From NCBI GenBank assembly GCA_963980215.1, contig CAXBYZ010000002.1:1726-65725 (forward strand): DNA of 64,000 nt, given 5' to 3'. The stretch is from an uncultured bacterium (GTDB lineage: Bacteria > Patescibacteriota > Microgenomatia > UBA1400 > CG1-02-47-37). Shown here in pieces: positions 63,801 through 64,000 of this stretch (the stretch's first letter is position 1; every line of letters begins with the position of its first letter). The position numbers and the translations under genes were made by a program. The notes beneath the pieces are model-generated. The model saw only the letters and a program-made list of their open reading frames with translations. It had not been told where the DNA came from and did no database searches.

Positions 63801-64000
63801 ATCCAAGCCTACAACGCTAGCACTTCCCTTATTGGTCAAACCATCAATGAAGCCGAACTTGATGTTACCAACTCTCCTACGGACAACTTCCTCCTCACTT
63901 TTGACAACGCTTCCAGCGGCTTTACTTGGATTGACCCCACTTCCGTCGGTGCCTTTGATGGTTCCGGCACTTCAAACTATCTTTCCAAGTGGTCAGACTC
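60870..64000 (+). CDS. Giant MerR-HTH / TM / fibre-repeat surface protein (runs off the window)
   Basis: ATG at 60870: SIQDAADRLGVSTKTLRRWETKGLI.PHRTVGNQRRY, then a TM, then repeated NIGIGTxNP/KLxVxG and WTDGGTTTYL units. The same frame reads sensibly at 62355 and 63960. Absent from the ORF track because no stop falls in the window. Confidence 0.85.
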   Translation, partial: MSLPNDFKLSIQDAADRLGVSTKTLRRWETKGLITPHRTVGNQRRYSLTQIDTFQQQSTSQATTPNLKVSSTGSLKPVLAALFLITLPLASLFFKPKFISPISQSKTNILGQFNTSPLSPTQSHVLGNQAIKSDYVFNVNVPASFNDLVSLYSASVSGNLTVQGQIVNPNLLTGLIAGEGLEVTAGQSPIISNLDPGSGQFIFSTIKLGDNSVTAGSNTDTFEFTAGGTTSLSLDTTNKKLTITGATPNYTESGWTNASGKVTLSTITDNIGIGTSNPAYKLEVTGTGYFSDTLTANNGLIVTGAANISNSTTITGALQVNNSTASNTDFNINGSGDLTISDSGTPFITFSDNGNITLANDALLDLSNVTHDDSAAQGFILPQADSLASPSSGEGYLAWDSDDDSLKVFNGSVWADVAGSGSSKWTDGGTTTYLTANDNIGIGTTNATQKLQVAGTIQATGFKLTTGATTNYVLTSDADGVGTWQVASGGSGTIDGSGTSNYLSKWSDSDTLTSSLLFDTGTNIGLGTTNPTTQLYLTGDLTIAGGDLIIGATNIFSGGDTTSLNNLDGIDATTESTFESALDIAGDITGTGLSSVTINANTIDDSELVNALTYTGSLTLSNALTLSTVSADTDNTVLILNSSGAVTSDEIDPRAWGSTLLDDTDIDSTVQSYNANTSLIGQTIETGEITNDTILEIDFNSTNAPTDNYVLSYDSASGGFTWAEDAGGGGGSSLFTDGGTTTYLTSLTDDLGIGGTGPEASLFFDQSASALTLNPYNTASGNTGEIRLTELVANGSNYSGFKAPDSLADNVIYTLPSADGSSNQVLATDASGNLSWIDVSAGAGGGVWSDGGTYLKPTNNESMRVYDSGGTDYIDISHDGTNANLTFASTSLYTIDTSDLALELSSGNLGLGTTAPGYKLDVSGTAGFSSTIYAPSIGAGTDNSVIVLNSSGNLVTDEIDPRVWGSTLVDDSDIGSTIQAYNASTSLIGQTINEAELDVTNSPTDNFLLTFDNASSGFTWIDPTSVGAFDGSGTSNYLSKWSD
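62355..62395 (+). repeat. Exact 41 bp intragenic repeat (second copy 63960-64000)
   Basis: ggttccggcacttcaaactatctttccaagtggtcagactc (GSGTSNYLSKWSDS). Confidence 0.9.

Noticed and set aside
60870-64000. Prophage tail-fibre gene
   Set aside because: No capsid, terminase, integrase or other phage genes nearby; the HTH plus TM N-terminus indicates a cellular membrane protein.

Overview
This 64 kb window is bacterial chromosome in genetic code 11. Gene content, compact spacing and leaderless-looking promoters suggest a Patescibacteria/CPR (Microgenomates-like) genome; that assignment is inference. Housekeeping genes include a tsaC-tsaE fusion, tsaD, ndk, argS, leuS, tRNA-Arg(CCT), tRNA-Pro(CGG) and comEA/comEC. 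There is also a large surface-glycosylation locus, five toxin-antitoxin modules (one decayed) and a 7 kb block of unrecognisable genes. Two signals stand out. (1) An IS200/RAYT-type HUH tyrosine transposase (26518-27168) is bracketed by identical palindromes. More than 30 related short palindromes and composite hairpins are scattered through the window, most inside reading frames of genes such as atpD, tsaD, argS and leuS, where they are translated as extra peptide. (2) An F1-only ATPase operon (alpha, gamma, beta, short epsilon; no a, b or delta in the operon) is led by an exported protein whose subunit-c-like hairpin lacks the ion-binding carboxylate. It is transcribed divergently from a >1000 aa MerR-HTH/TM/fibre-repeat protein. 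All calls come from reading motifs by eye; no database searches were run.
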